Program-made: the position numbers and the translations under genes
The notes under the pieces: generated by a model
What the model saw: the letters and a program-made list of their open reading frames with translations, nothing else
Database searches by the model: none
Told to the model about the DNA's origin: nothing
Shown: positions 13,571 through 27,224 of the stretch, piece by piece
Layout: every line of letters begins with the position of its first letter
Position numbering within the stretch: the first letter of the stretch is position 1
NCBI RefSeq assembly: GCF_006345805.1
Contig: NC_043019.1
Coordinates: 6,633,360-6,697,359, forward strand
Direction of reading: 5' to 3'
Length of the DNA stretch: 64,000 nt
Source of the DNA: Octopus sinensis
Lineage: Eukaryota

Positions 13571-13660
13571 AATATATTTATGTCTGTGTATGTATATATA
13601 TATACATATATATGTATATATTTACACCCACACACACCCACACATACACAGACACACACA

Positions 13661-13693
<33 letters not shown>

Positions 13694-13990
13694 ATATATA
13701 TATATATATATATATATATCTGTGTTCTGAGTATTTGTTTGTGTAAGTGCGTGTTTGAGTATATTTATACCTATATATGTGCGTATATGCTTATATATAT
13801 GCGTATATATAAATATGTATTTGTATATACATACATGTACATATACATATTTACATGACACACATTTGCATACATTTGCATACATAGATACACCTCCTTC
13901 CAATTACACTCGTTTAACTAAACGAAACCAGCTACTTTTCACTGATAGATCGAAACAGCTATTCATATAGATTATTAAGAATTCGGGACA

Positions 13991-14042
<52 letters not shown>

Positions 14043-14522
14043 CCAAGTAAAAGAATAGATTGAAGGAATTTATTTCTGATAGGCGATATAAATCTATTAT
14101 GCATGATCTTACCTCGTAGCAAGTGATAAATATTAACCTTACCGCAATATCGTCTTCGATTTACATATATCTTCACTTTGGTTTATCCCATAATTATTTG
14201 TCCATGGTATATTTCTTGGCATTGTAACTTCTACGCAAACAAGTTTTAATTAAATGTTAAATGCCCATAAAAGTGATAATGAATGTTTAAATTTGATTTC
14301 TTTTGATTGAAAAGATTTGGCAAGAATGTTACTTTGCCAGGAAATCTATCTCGATTGTTAGAAGCTGTATTTATTTGATGATAAATGTCAGTAGGACGGA
14401 AAATTATTAGAATGTCTCAGCGTATGAGTTAGGTTATTGCTAATGCCATTATAAGTTAGCGGTCAATTAAACGTATCTTTAAATGTGGGTTGTCTCTTTA
14501 TCAATATTTACATATACAATGA

Positions 14523-14725
14523 CGATGAGCTGGAAGAATCGTTAGCGCGCCGGGCAAAATGCTTAGCGGCATTTTGTTCGTCCCTACGTACTGAGTTCAA
14601 ATTCAGACGAGGTCGACTTTTAATTTCATTCTTTCAGTATCGATAAATTAAGTCCCAGTTGTGTACAGTGGTTGATATACTCGACTTACGCACTCCCCTG
14701 ACATATCAGGCCTTTTCCTCTATAA
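14523..14725 (+). mobile_element. SINE family A (older, tail type A1)
   Basis: Head GAGCTGGAAGAATCGTTAGC; GAGTTCAAATTC..CGAGGTCGAC core. Confidence 0.85.
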
Positions 14726-14732
14726 TATGGTG

Positions 14733-14960
14733 CCGAGCTGGCAGAAACGTTAGCACGTCGGGCGAAATGCGTAGCCGTATTTCATCTGTCGCTACGTTTC
14801 GAGTTCAAATTCCGCCGAGGTCGACTTTGCCTTTCATCCTTTCGGGGTCAATTAAATAAGTACCATTTACGCACTGGGGTCGATGTAATCGACTTAATCC
14901 GTTCGTCTGTCCTTGTTTGTCCCCTCTATTTTTAGCCCCTTGTGGGCAATAAAGAAATAT
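14733..14960 (+). mobile_element. SINE family A (tail type A2)
   Basis: Full colinear match to 4884-5120 and 32045-32277. Confidence 0.93.
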
Positions 14961-15359
14961 ATAATATTGTGCCGATCGCAAGCTTCACCGAAGCAACCAC
15001 TTCACCGAATAATAACTGCAATGGGAACGAATTTAGAATTTCCAGCCCCTATTATCCTGTCAAATGGAAGTAGGAAGAGAGACAGAGAAGGTTTAGAGGG
15101 TAGAAATGGCCTTTTTGTAGAGAAAAGCATACATCGTTAATAAGATTGATTTACTATCCACACACGCGCGCGACACACATAGACACACCTAGACATATTC
15201 ACACACACCCGCGCGCGCAAACACACACACACGCAGGTACGCACACACACTCCCTCCTCTCTCTCTCTCTCTCTCACACATACACATACACACTCATACA
15301 TTTGCCATATTTCGTTTAGCAGCATTTTCCTAAAACACAGATACTAGGAACTTTTTAAT

Positions 15360-15860
15360 CCCTATAATCTTAAGGTCAGAGATCTGCTAATCATATTTAC
15401 ATAATTTCACTGCTAACATTTCACAATACAACAAACTGTAAATACAAATAATCTAATCTCTATCACCATCTTCTGCCTGCAATTTCCGAAATCATACCAA
15501 CTATCCTCTGGAAGGCCCTGCCTCTCGAAAGCCGTTGTCAATAAAATCACCGTTAAATCAATCAATTCTATTACGCTGATCCTATAAGGAAATGACGGCC
15601 AATGATTTCAGCACGCTTTCATATCTAAGAATATGGAAAACACACATGTCTTCTCCCAATACATTTTGGAATTCTGGAAACACAGAAACAACACATGCAA
15701 CATCAAATGGTATATACTCGACAGGGCTCCACTATACTTGTCCGGAGCTCGCAACTGTCGGATCTGCTTGCCTGAGAAACTACACAGACTCAAAACGACC
15801 GCACTGTTCATTAATAGACTGAAGATATTGCATATTGTTGTCATAGAAACTATTCAGTTT
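15360..15860 (+). pseudogene. Penelope-like element GIY-YIG remnant followed by a pLTR-like hammerhead motif
   Basis: CNFRNHTNYPLEGPCLSKAVV ... CNIKWYILDRAPLYLSGARNCRICLPEKLH matches the Cys-rich linker and GIY-YIG C-terminus pattern of PLEs (CNCR..CPL.G.CL; W.IL..A..Y..G...C.LCL.EK). CTGAAGA...GAAAC follows at 15819-15850. Confidence 0.8.
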
Positions 15861-16368
15861 TGATGTATTTCAATCCATTGGTCACAGATTATCCTGATAT
15901 ATCTATCATCTGCGCCAAACAAGTGACATTAACATCCCCAACCTAGATTAACCTATCAACTGATGTCGCTAATTTATTACTATATCCACATGACCCGAGC
16001 GCTGGAGATTCAGCATTTTTTCTATAATCGAGAAGCCGCTTTTCATTGTACCATGTGTTAAGCATTGATGTCTCTAATGCAGCAAATAAGACTTAATGAT
16101 TCCTAAATGACATTGATATCCCGTCTGCATGAACATACGAAGTGATTCCATCCAATATTGGCTGTCGCTGAGCTATCGCTCTACCAACATAGCCCGAAAT
16201 AACCAATAGAGCCTTAATCTCTCTGCAATTGTTGTTGGCATGTCCATTTTTCGTCATTTTGCGTCTGATTGTCTGAGGCAGTTACGTATCTTCACCTCCA
16301 CGAAACTTAAAATAAGGTGAGTAGCTAAGCAAACCAGTTCCTCAATATATATACATATACATAGATGT

Positions 16369-16433
<65 letters not shown>

Positions 16434-16469
16434 TTCGAATCCGGTTTGCAAGATTCTATATATCAGTTC

Positions 16470-16725
16470 GTGTGTTTAAGCATATTCAGTTGTGTCTGTG
16501 GAGAGTCATTCTCTTTTATTGGCTTATAATTTAACACACTCACCGGTAAAGTTTGCACTCATTTCCTTCTGTATTTCGCTAAAATTTTGTTTGCGGGTTG
16601 CAATTTTTTCAATATTTGTTGACTCTCTCCGTCATTCGCAATGTATTAAATTATAGGGCACTGAAAGAGAATGATTCTCCCCAGATACAACACTTAATTT
16701 ATACAATATATTTATATATACAGAG
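16470..16725. mobile_element. MITE-like element with ~47-bp imperfect inverted repeats
   Basis: 16488-16534 (AGTTGTGTCTGTGGAGAGTCATTCTCTTTTATTGGCTTATAATTTAA) pairs imperfectly with 16646-16694. Confidence 0.65.
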
Positions 16726-16839
16726 AGAGATATAAATATAGATAAAAATATATATATATGTATATATTATATATAATATATATATATATATATATAATAT
16801 ATATAGTATATATAGATAGATAGATAGATAAATAATACA

Positions 16840-17097
16840 TATATGCACGTGTATTTTTCTCGCGTACGCATAGTATCGATCGCAACAGCTGATGTAGTTG
16901 CGCGTACAATTGCACGTTCCCACGGCTTTATCGATCGCATTCTCACCTGGAATCGATTTTTGTAATTTTTTCAAGAATTATACACGCCCTGATATCGTCG
17001 GTATCTACATATCAAATTTCAGCGCAATCGGATGGAGGATGCCCGAGATCCTAGAAGACACACAGACAGACAGACAGAACGGATTTTATATAATAGA
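16840..17097 (-). mobile_element. Helitron-like non-autonomous element (5' part)
   Basis: Minus-strand 5' end TCTATTATATAAAATCCGTTCTGTCTGTCTG, then ATCCGATTGCGCTGAAATTTG; same layout as the 34719-35101 element. Confidence 0.6.
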
Positions 17098-17799
17098 CAT
17101 GTATACTCTCTCTGAGACCACGTGCGACCACGCATTAGCATCAAGAATCCAAGAAGTTCCTGGGTGTGAATTTATTTTAAGTGTATATTGCAGCACAAAA
17201 TATTTTGCTTCGTTCATAATTACATACATACGTACATAAATGCATTCATACATTCATTCACATATGTACATATACACACAGATGTACATACATAAATACG
17301 ATCATTGATAGAAGTATCATTAGAATTTCCTCTCTTTTTTTCCTAAGTCTGTATCTAACCATAATACATCTTTTACAAGTTGGTATAATTCCGCCGATGA
17401 CAGTATCATACGTTTTATTTTAAACGTGAGAACGTTGGCGACACTAATTTGTCTCTGGAGGAAAATATATAACTCTATTTGTCTATTTATTTTAATATGA
17501 ATATCCACTATTTGTTTTCAAGACTGTGTGCGTCTTATTTCTTTTTACAGTTCATTTTTATAGTTCAATATATTATTATCCCTCTAGATATTAATTCATT
17601 TTTATTCCTATTCAACCTTCTACTAAAATTATTTACGCATATTTGTTTTCCCTATTCTTGCGAAATATCCATTTCCATTAGTATAATATCCTAGTTTTTA
17701 GGTTATTTTAAAATAGTTTACAAAAAAGGAAGTTACAAAAGATTTATCGACATAAAAGGTATATATCTGTGATGCTTCAGAGGATGTTGTGCATAAAAA

Positions 17800-18600
17800 A
17801 TTGAAAGATGGCGCCTGAAAATATTGGAAATTTTCTTGAAAAATCTTTCTAGTCGGTAATCGGTTTATATCTTCCAGTTTCGGTTAGAAATGTTGTAGAT
17901 ATTCCAAGCATATGATGTTTTCTAGTTAGGTAAAGTTTACAGATGTAAGCCCTGTTAATGGACGGCTGTATCAACGATATTTCATACTGGAGAGTACAAC
18001 AGTCATTGTTCCTTGCGTTTTCATTTGTGTCAGAGACATGAACTTTTGATACAATTTTGATATTTTTTTAATTCTTAATAAGGTGAAATATCGAAGCAAT
18101 TTTCCGTTGAATATATCCGCAATTCTTAACGTTCTGCACAAGCGCTATGACATTTTTGACGATAGGAAATCTCCTCATTGGACGACAGGATGGATTTCGA
18201 CAGTTACAATTTGATTGATAGAGTGTCCATTGTACTGAGTTTGGATTTCCGCATTTGGTCTTAGAAGGTATGCTACACATACTTAATGTTAGGGGAGTTG
18301 AATCGCACACGGATTTTGTGCATGGATTAAACTGGTTATCCTGTTAGTTTGAAAATCCCTAGTTGTAATGAGTTGCAATTCTGGAATTTGATTTAAAGTG
18401 GTATGCTGTTGATACAGAAATAACTGACTTTAATATTAGGAGAGTTGAATCGCTTATAATATTTGTACAACAGTTAAATTGGTTTTCCGTAAAATTTGAA
18501 CTTTGAAAATTCCCGAATTTGATAGAGGTGGTTTCGGGATTCTCCACCGCACTATACAAGATTCGTTTCCTTTTTTCATTACATTGTGCTTGTGGATGTT
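17800..18600 (-). pseudogene. Heavily decayed Penelope-like GIY-YIG region
   Basis: Minus-strand fragments SNCNCRNPSCRPM, STENCF and ICKLYLTRKHHML are in the same order as in the 15360-15860 remnant. Confidence 0.55.
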
Positions 18601-18749
18601 GTAGATATTTATCATTTTCCTGGTTATAATATTAACAGCTGCATTGTGTAGATTCTAATTTAATTATTTATACAAAAAATTGGAAGTCTTGGAATTGGAT
18701 TTGGGAGACGGAAACTGAAAGAAACCTTTGCGAGCACACACACACATAC

Positions 18750-18795
<46 letters not shown>

Positions 18796-18819
18796 TATAT
18801 ATCTATATGTTCTATAATG

Positions 18820-19700
18820 ATCTATAGATGTGTGAGTATGTGAGAGAGAGAGCTATTGTGTGTGCGCGTTCGCGTGTGTGCGTGTGTGCGTGTGAGTGAG
18901 TAGATGTCTTTGTGTCCTGTGTCTCCTCCACTGCTGCTAGGTTACCGGTGTTCGCATGTTTAGCTTCGCTGAACTTGCCGGGTCGGCAAAAGAGAAGCAA
19001 TGTATAAATACCAAGCTTTAAGCAATAAGTACTAGTTCAGATTGTTCCGCTAACAAAAATCATAGAAGCCGATTGAAACAAACAAAATATAAAAATGCGA
19101 ATAACCAACGTTACACTGAAGCCACACTCGGTAAATATCCAGCCATCTCTCTCTTCCTATCTAACTATCTATCTATCCGTCTCTCTCTGTCTTTATATAT
19201 GTATATATATATATATATAGATAATCTATATAGAAGATATATATATATATAATATATATATTAGATATATTATATATATATATCTATATATATATATATA
19301 TATGTTTATATATGTATCTATATATGTGTGAGTATGTGAGAGAGAGAGATATGTGTGTGTGCGCGTTCGCGTGTGTGCGTGTGTGCGTGTGAGTGAGTAG
19401 ATGTCTTTGTGTCTGTGTGTCTCCTCCACTGCTGCTAGGTTACCGGTGTTAGCATGTTTAGCTTCGCTGTAACTTGGCGGTTCGGCAAAAGAGAGCAATT
19501 GTATAAATACCAAGCTTTAAGCAAATAAGTACTAGTTCAGATTTGTTCGGCTAAAAAAAATCATAGAAGCCGATTGAAACAAACAAAATATAAAAATTGC
19601 GAATAACCAACGTTACACTGAAGCCACTCCTCGGTAAATATCCAGCCATCTCTCTCTTCCTATCTAACTATCTATCTATCCGTCTCTCTCTGTCTTTTAT
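18820..19700 (+). repeat. Tandem duplication, ~497-bp period, containing an old family D SINE 3' half
   Basis: 18820-19200 and 19318-19700 are colinear; the differences are mostly single-base indels. Confidence 0.95.
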
Positions 19701-19705
19701 ATGTA

Positions 19706-19744
<39 letters not shown>

Positions 19745-19868
19745 ATATATATATAGATAATATATATATAATATATATATATATAGATAATTTATATAGA
19801 TATATATGTATATATATACATATATATATATTATATATTCATATATACATACCCATCTCTCTGTCTCA

Positions 19869-19903
<35 letters not shown>

Positions 19904-19997
19904 CATATATATATATATTATATATATATACATGCATATATACATATCTGTCTATTTATGTATGTATGTATGTATCTATCTATCTGTTTATCTGTCC

Positions 19998-20039
<42 letters not shown>

Positions 20040-20040
20040 A

Positions 20041-20077
<37 letters not shown>

Positions 20078-20199
20078 CCCTAACAAATTACATATCTACC
20101 ATCAGTATATCAACCTCACAATATATGTCTCTAATTATCCTTTTGTCTGACTGTCTCTTTGCGTCTCTACTTGCCTCTGTCTCTCTCTCTATCTATCTC

Positions 20200-20238
<39 letters not shown>

Positions 20239-20240
20239 CC
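19700..20240. repeat. Compound (TA)n/(TATC)n/(TC)n microsatellite
   Basis: Read directly from sequence. Confidence 0.95.
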
Positions 20241-20749
20241 CCCTCATCTTGTCCACTCAACCATCTTGCCGATCTACGTTGGTGCAGAACGAATATATAA
20301 CGACATTAGCGTCACAGAATCACAGAAGCATTATTCAATCCGTTCAGCGGATTGATGTGAACATTAGTCAATCCCAGTTGGCCAATGAAATGCTTCCATT
20401 CAGCGCGTCATCACTTCTTACGCAGCAATTAATGAAAATTGATAAACTGTTAATTAGAATCATCTCTTAACAACTTGCATCAAAAATATAAACAACTTTA
20501 GTAGAGGTAATCCATTTACATAAACCATTTTCATTCATTACAACAACTTGCTATGTGATTTTCTAACCTAAATCATTCCATGGAGACGTATTCGGCAAAA
20601 TGCCACTATGGTATTGGCGTTGTTAAGTTCCGATCAAGCGATCAGTGATCAAAGCTCTTCAACTTTGTCCGTTCAGTATTAATTTCAGAGAATGTAAATA
20701 TACGACCTCTTTATCCAATGTATTTGCAACATTTATGTGGTTTAAGGTT

Positions 20750-21210
20750 ACGAGGAGACAGAATCGTTTACTTTGCCGGGTATGGAAACCAAGCGGCCGT
20801 TTGTCGATCTTTAAGCTTTGAGTTCGAATTTCGCTGAGGTCGATTTTGCCTTTCACTCTTCTTGGGTGGACTATGAAACAAGCACCAGCTGAAAACTGAA
20901 GTCATTGCAGTCGACTTACCCATTCTGTCAAAATTGCTGGGGCCCTGTGCCAAAATTTCAAATCTACATATATTTGTGTGGTTTTAAATTGCGAGGTGGC
21001 AGAATCGTTCAGCACACCGGTTTAAGTGCTTAGCAGCTTTTTGTCCGTCTTTACCTTCTAAGTCCAATTTCCATCGAAGTCGAATTTGCCGTTCATCCTT
21101 TCGGGATCAATAAAGTAAGTACAAGTTGAACACTACGGTCGATGTTATCGGCTCGACACCCTTCTGAAAAATTGCTGATTTGGTGCCAAACTTTTTAAGC
21201 AATATATTTG
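20750..21210 (+). mobile_element. Two old head-to-tail SINE family A copies (~20750-20965, ~20990-21210)
   Basis: Each has CAGAATCGTT, a B-box-like segment, GTCGA(A/T)TTTGCC.TTCA and an A1-type tail. Confidence 0.75.
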
Positions 21211-22076
21211 TGGTTTAAAAGGAATGGGATTGTCGTTCCTAGAAGCTTCTTTATCCCCGTAAAAGTTCCTATATAGGCTTTTTGTTTTTGGTAAATAAGT
21301 AGAAGAGCGATGAAGATCGTTTATGTGTCCGTTTTACCAGGTTCGATTGGAGATGAAACAATAAAAAGAACACCGATGGAGACCCTCTCCCACCATAAAA
21401 ATGATCAACAACAACACAGCAACGATAACAATGTCGTACAACATCAACGAAAAATAGCGATTCTCCGTTGTTGTTCATTATTACTAGAGACAGCAAATCT
21501 ATCTGTCTCTTATAACGAAAAGACGAAAGATGGGGTAACATTCATATTGGATTACTAACAGCAAGATTACTAACAGTCTACGATGGTCATAGCTGAAATG
21601 TCTTTGATTGTATGTTTACTAATTCACAGAACGCTCCATGCTAACACATATCCTGACAGACACATACAGACATATACATACACACACCAATACATATATG
21701 CATGCTTACATAATTATTCAAATAAGCATACGGCCATGCATAGATATTTCATACAAATATATATATACACACATAAATATCAGTGTATTACAGCATAATT
21801 TCAAGAATGAGTTGGTTAAAAGCGAAAGGGCAGCATTAAAGTCGCAAAATACAATTCACGGCATTTCTACCGATGCTTTAGCTTCTTAGTTCAAATCCCG
21901 CCGTCGTTCAATAAAATAAGTACAATCACGTAATTGGATCTATGGTACATTCTAACGCCCCCCCCGCTCCTATCTCAGGTCTTGTGCCTATCGATATTAG
22001 AAACAATTATTAAACTATTTCTAATGTAGAGTAGTCAAAGGAGAAAGGGACCTTTGGGAGGAACTTCCAGACTGTA

Positions 22077-22242
22077 GGAGCTGGAGTGGCAGTGTAGTAA
22101 GTAGCTTGCTTACCAACCACATGGTTTCGGGTTCAATCCCACTGCATGGCACCTTGGGCAATTGTCTTCTACTATAGCCTCGGGCCGACCAAAGCCTTGT
22201 GAGTGGATTTGGTAGATGAAAACTCAAAGAAGCCCGTCGTAC

Positions 22243-22315
<73 letters not shown>

Positions 22316-22515
22316 TGTGTGTCTGTGTTTGTCCCCCTAGCATTGCTTGACAACCGATGCTGGTGTGTTTATGTCCCCGTCACTTAGCGGTTTGACAAAA
22401 GAAACCGATATAATAAGTACTGGGCTAACAAAGAATAAGTCCCGGGGTCCATTTGCTCGACTAAAGGCGGTGCTCCAGCATGGCCGTAGTCAAATGACTG
22501 AACCAAGTAAAAGAG
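22077..22515 (+). mobile_element. SINE family D, full length
   Basis: Colinear with 13182-13570 and 48546-48942; internal (TA)n(TG)n. Confidence 0.95.
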
Positions 22516-23526
22516 TAACTTATCTTAAAATCAGACACCTGAACCGAGTGCCTACAACATAGTGGGCCCCTAACCGATAATAGTAACCATGAACCAAGAG
22601 ATGTTAAACCGGCCAATGCATCAAGTGTGCCACTCAAATTAATTCAGCAGAAAACACACAGGTGGCGGTTTTAATAAGAGTGGAACATTAACTCCATGAC
22701 CCAGGAGGTCACCTTTAAAATCATCACACGACCAACAGGTGAGAATCTCCTATCAGCATCTACTAAGAAGAGCGATCTCAGAAACGGTCTCCCGCAGAAA
22801 GCTGAGATTTTAGAATTCTGTTATTTCAACAACACAACAAGAATATCAAATCAATGATATTTCTAAAACTGATATTTTCCCAACATTGACCAACATTTAT
22901 CTCTTGCAATACTAATGTTTAACTTGTCTTTATTACTGACATTTCTAACATCGCCAATAATAAAAAAATAAATAATTACCAAGCAAAATCTAACATCGAA
23001 TTTGTATAAAAATATATAAATCAACGCTTGTGCACTGGTGCAGAGAGATATTTTTAGATAGGTTAGTAGTTAAAATATTGATTGTGTTCGAAATGTCACA
23101 TTTTTTCCTTCCTTCTTTCCACTGAGGCATAATCGATTAAAGAGAACGTTGATAACCGCGTTAGTGTTGATATTATATTGGAGAATCGACTGACAGATAA
23201 GGGCTGTGCTCTCTTGTCATTATCGGGACAGGATTGTGATCAGAGCCAATGGATCACTGCATACTCACCTCACACAGCCGATATCCAACGCATTACGTTT
23301 TCATTTTAATTAATTCGCTGACACGCAGCTACTACCACCATTGTTTTGCTCTTTATATTGACTTCCCTCTATCTCTTTCTTCTGGTTTGGTTGACCAAAT
23401 TTTGCCTCTCTGCGATATATCAATTGCTTAATCCGTCCTGCACTTGTCTGTGCATCAAGTGGCAGTCCTCATCCAGTATTTTGCACCGAGTACAAAAGTA
23501 TATTGACTAGTCTACTTTGCTTCTGG

Positions 23527-23620
<94 letters not shown>

Positions 23621-23621
23621 C

Positions 23622-23674
<53 letters not shown>

Positions 23675-23675
23675 A
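23527..23675. repeat. (TATC)n microsatellite
   Basis: Read directly from sequence. Confidence 0.97.
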
Positions 23676-23704
23676 GTCTATGTGTGTGTGTGCACTTATA
23701 TACG

Positions 23705-23850
23705 GCATGCTTCTTTCGGTTCCCAGTGACTAAATTATTCCACAAAGCTTTGGTTGGCACGAGGCTATTGTAGAAAATACTTTCCACACAGACACTATAT
23801 TACACAACAGACGCCATGCAGCGAGACTGACCCCTGAACTATTTTGTGGG
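23705..23850 (-). mobile_element. Old SINE family D 5' fragment
   Basis: CTTCTTTCGGTTCC..CAAAGCTTTGGTTGGCACGAGGCTATTGTAGAA matches family D in reverse. Confidence 0.65.
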
Positions 23851-25907
23851 GGAGCAAGCCGTTTCAAAACATCACAACAGCTCTTAACATCCTCCTGTTA
23901 TTTTAAAAAACAATTCGTCCTTACAAAAACTCTTGAAGCAGTGGCATTATTTAAATACGTTTAACACCAGCTCGTTTTTATTAGAAGGTATTCTGAGCTG
24001 AATACTAAAGTGTCCCTTTTGTGATCACCAATAATTTTGGCGCTCCTGAAGGAAATATCAGATCCAGACCCCAGGTTCTATTTACGTAAGGACAATGTAT
24101 TTCTTAGAATGATTCACACGCAGAAACTATGTGCTTGTATCTTTCCTTCAACTTCAGTAAAGGGACACACAGACAGGCGTAACTGCAATATTTTTTTTGA
24201 AAGACGTTATGACGTGATTTCAGTGTGTCTTTGTCGCCATTGCTAGCAGCGTGAGAAATCATATAGATGTATACATTTTGCCTTTATATAGTTGACTTAC
24301 ACTAGAAACGTCTGTATTTACTAATATAATGGCTGCTCATTGAGGTGTGACGTAAGGTTGAACAACAAGGGCAATAATGGTGGACAGTTGGTTTTCAAAC
24401 TCCATACGAGTCTAGCCAACTTAGTGGATATAGTGTTGAACATGTGCTGAAAAGAAGACTGGTGGTTTTCATAACGTCTTTTAAAATTGCCTTCACATAA
24501 ACCGATGTAATTTTATTTTCAGTTACGTTGCTGTGATCTCTGACTCGCGGTTGATTGGCTAGAATTTAAAACGTAATCTCCCCAAAATTGAACCAACTTC
24601 TCGTCTTAATTATGGTAATTAGATAACAGATAGTACTACGTCTTAAATGTGGAAACCACATATCAGATAACATAGTTTTTCAAACATCTCCCACGTTGCC
24701 ACCATTCTCCAAAATTCTTTAGTAATCTTGACTATAATTCCCTTCCATAACAATTGCTATGGAAGGGAATTCTCTTCCATAAAAAATTGTTAATAATTTC
24801 GCCCTGGTTATCATCATCCGGATCAGTTTAACATCATCATTCCGAGATTTACTTCACTCAACTAAGATTTATAAACGCTCAAATGGTTGAAAAGTACACT
24901 AGCGCACTATATGTACCTTCCCTTTTTTCAGACCAGCTAAATTGTTGTTGCATCGCATGGCCAAAATTTACAGCATCTGACTATGTTCAGGCTTTACCAG
25001 GTTTCTTTCTTTACGCAATATTCACCTTAACATCAAACTGTTCGGCTCGAGGACACCAATGCTTTGCCTGTTTTTAACAGAATTCATTCTGTCCGTATCG
25101 TTGCAACCAGAACCCAGATTCCATCTCGAGAGCTACATTTTATTTCTACAGACAATGACTGACCTGAGGATGTTAAAGTTTTGTATCGTCTGCAACAACC
25201 TCTGTGAAAGGACGAGAAAAGGGCCATGATAACTCTCTTTCTTCCTCTAAAAAAATATTATAAAATGGTAAAAAAAATTCAAATCAGTTGCTATAACAAA
25301 AAACAAACAAACTATTCTCCACCAACGGAAATATTTTCGCAATGCATTCGTGAAGTTTTTACTAAGATATTTGAAATGGCTGAAACAAAAACATCATATA
25401 AAAACTGTTTTTTTTGTTATTCTTTCTTTGTGTCTTCCATTTTCCGCATAGCAACACAAGAACGAAATATATCGGAGATTTTTAAAATAAAGGAAATAAC
25501 GCATATTAAAAACAACACTGGATATTAAATGAAGAAGCATTGTTATATATTTAATAACAGATATATCAAAGAAACGTCGACGGAACAATATAAGATACAT
25601 TCAGATACATAATATTCCGACGTAAACATGTGTGTTGCACACTTCTGGATACGTACATGAGAGATTATATGGGCTTCAGTTATATAGACATCTATACACA
25701 CACACACACACATACATACATACATGTATATATACATACATACATGTATATATAAATACATGTACACCTGCATGAATTTATACATGCATAAAATTACAAA
25801 TATATGTATATGTGTGTGTGTACACACACCTGACTATATATGTACGTACATAAGTAGGCTATATTTCAGTATATATGTGTACGGTTATATATAAATACAT
25901 GTTATTT

Positions 25908-25983
<76 letters not shown>

Positions 25984-26002
25984 ATCTATCTATCTATAAA
26001 GA

Positions 26003-26057
<55 letters not shown>

Positions 26058-26345
26058 TTGTGTGTGTGTGTTTGTGCAAAAAATTAATATATGTGTGTGC
26101 GCGTGTGTGTGAATGTACAATGTACATGCATATGTGTATGTGATACTACTCACCACGATATTAACCGAAATATGCTATGAACATATTTTATGCATCAGAA
26201 TAATATAAAAACCTGCATATATATATATATATATATATAAATACACACATGCATATATACATATATATATATATGTAGATATATATATAGATATATATAT
26301 TATATATGTAAATATATATATATACCTATATATGTATATATATAC

Positions 26346-26380
<35 letters not shown>

Positions 26381-27142
26381 GTGTGTGTGTGTTATGTATG
26401 CTTCTACGTATGCAAAGTACAGCTACATATTCATGCATTCATAAACACGCACGGCTACACGAGCCACCATACTCCCGCACATACACACACGTATATGTGT
26501 GTGAATTACAGTTATTTATGCTAGTTAACGTTGGAAGAGCGCGGTAGTAATTCTGCTTTGAAAACTATTGGGAACCATACAGACATTTAGTAGACAAATA
26601 TTAAATTACTATTTCTATGGAAACAAACGGTCTTTTTAAAACTATAAAGTAAAAATCCATGTTCGTTTATTATATTTTTCTTAACCAAAATAACAAAATT
26701 TTCAAAATTTTCAATAGCTCAATGAATATTATCAACGGTTTAACAAAAGCTATATAATAAAAGAATATTGGAAATAAATAGATATAAAATAATATTTTTC
26801 AGAAAAAAAAAATAATAACTTCCAGAAATTAAAATGTATTTTGAAAAAGGAAATCGTAATAATGATACAATATATAATGCGATATTTTTAGATATAAACT
26901 TCACGTACCTGCAATATCAATATATATTAGAAAAATGTAGGAATATTTTAAGATTTATGAGAATTTTAGAAAATCTATTTATGATAAAACATTATGAAAA
27001 ATATAGGCTATATTTTGGTATATATATAAGTGTACGGATATATATATAAATTTGACTTATAGGTGTCTATTTTTATCTATCTAGCTAGCTTGACATCTGT
27101 CTATCTGTCTTTCTGTCTGTCTGTTTGCCTGACTGTCTCTCC

Positions 27143-27224
<82 letters not shown>

